Source: Pseudomonadota bacterium
Lineage (GTDB): Bacteria > Pseudomonadota > Gammaproteobacteria > Burkholderiales > REEB80
Reading direction: 5' to 3'
Length of the DNA stretch: 64,000 bases
Assembly (NCBI GenBank): GCA_028873515.1
Contig: JAGWIG010000009.1
Span: forward strand, 610-64,609
Positions 63,337 through 64,000 of this stretch are shown one piece after another (position 1 is the stretch's first letter; every line of letters begins with the position of its first letter). Made by a program: the position numbers and the translations under genes. Under the pieces are notes generated by a model, which was given only the letters and a program-made list of their open reading frames with translations, was not told the origin of the DNA and did no database searches.

Positions 63337-64000
63337 AAACAAAACCCATTTTTCTCGCCTGTGTACTGGTCTTTGCGCTGGAAGGCTGCGCATCCATGCC
63401 TGACGCACATCGGCAAGTATCTCTGGCTGTAGCGCAAACGGTAAAACAGATCAATAACAGCCAGCAGTCTGTGGTTAATCAGGCGGGACCTTACCTGCAA
63501 TATGAGCGTGTTCCCATTGTCAATGACGGAATAACTGCAGAATTGGCAGGGGCCAATTTCATTGATGCCATCAACGCTATTGCAAAAAAAGAAAACTATA
63601 GTGTCATGGTCATGGATGATGTCAATCGTGCGCAAACAGTTAACCTCGTACTGCACAATCAACGACCGGAAGAAGCCATACGCAATATCGCCTTTGCGGC
63701 GGGTTATGTCGCCGTGTTCAACCCACTTAATCGAACGATCGATATTGCCAAAACAGCAACCTATACTTTTCGGGTGCCCAACAGTGTCATGGAAAACCTC
63801 GCTACAAGCATGACAGTAGGGGGCAGCCCTGTTGCAGGCAGCTCATCGGGTAGCGGATCTTCAGGTGCAGGCGGAATGCCCAGTGTTTCAACCTCCATGG
63901 CAGGTTCTCCTGGGAGTCCTGGGGGAAGCAATAGTAGCGGAGCCATCGATTCAAACTTCATGGTAAGCGGCCATTATTCCAATAACATGCTTGCTATCAA
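63333..64000 (+). CDS. secretin-like lipoprotein (PilN/BfpB type), truncated by the window edge; absent from the ORF track
   Basis: GTG overlaps the previous stop (GTGA); MKTKPIFLACVLVFALEGC lipobox; N-domain-like region, T.TF motif and Ser/Gly-rich spacer; frame open to the window end. Confidence 0.7.
   Translation, partial: MKTKPIFLACVLVFALEGCASMPDAHRQVSLAVAQTVKQINNSQQSVVNQAGPYLQYERVPIVNDGITAELAGANFIDAINAIAKKENYSVMVMDDVNRAQTVNLVLHNQRPEEAIRNIAFAAGYVAVFNPLNRTIDIAKTATYTFRVPNSVMENLATSMTVGGSPVAGSSSGSGSSGAGGMPSVSTSMAGSPGSPGGSNSSGAIDSNFMVSGHYSNNMLAI

Larger units (their letters stand above)
43701..64000. mobile_element. integrative conjugative element (left portion) inserted at tRNA-Cys
   Basis: Integrase directly after the tRNA 3' end, excisionase, FlhDC-like activators, coupling protein, Trb T4SS, pilus genes; right end lies outside the window. 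Confidence 0.92.

Noticed and set aside
63562-63813. 83-aa ORF near the window end
   Set aside because: Out of frame within the longer secretin-like reading frame starting at 63333.
63820-63950. Ser/Gly-rich low-complexity stretch as a repeat element
   Set aside because: It is the in-frame flexible spacer typical of secretin-family proteins.

Overview
Bacterial chromosomal window, most consistent with a low-GC betaproteobacterium (inferred from gene order and protein sequences). Positions 1-43700 are core genome: tal; rpsB-tsf-pyrH-frr-uppS-cdsA-dxr-rseP-bamA-skp-lpxD-fabZ-lpxA-lpxB; CBS, CitE-like, TrmH-family, yaaA, DUF2244 and SelW-like genes; pyrG-kdsA-eno-ftsB; ygfZ and nadB; an orphan DNA methyltransferase; rpoE-rseA-rseB-degP; lepA-lepB-rnc-era-recO-pdxJ-acpS-nagZ; uvrC-pgsA; tRNA-Gly(GCC) and tRNA-Cys(GCA). 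From about 43701 to the window end lies the left part of an integrative conjugative element inserted at tRNA-Cys. It carries an Rci/HP1-type tyrosine integrase and a leftward regulatory operon (DUF3102, ribbon-helix-helix, FlhD-like, FlhC-like, excisionase). These are followed by a MOBH-relaxase homologue lacking its apparent catalytic His/Asp residues, an SXT/IncC-type TraD with DUF4400, a P-type Trb T4SS, a lytic transglycosylase and the start of a type IVb-pilus-like module. The most striking non-coding signal is a ~130-140 bp symmetric module (palindrome - IHF site - 21-23 bp palindrome - inverted IHF site - palindrome remnant). It occurs twice, 10,681 bp apart, bracketing the relaxase-like gene through trbL. 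All family assignments come from motifs recognised by eye, not database searches.
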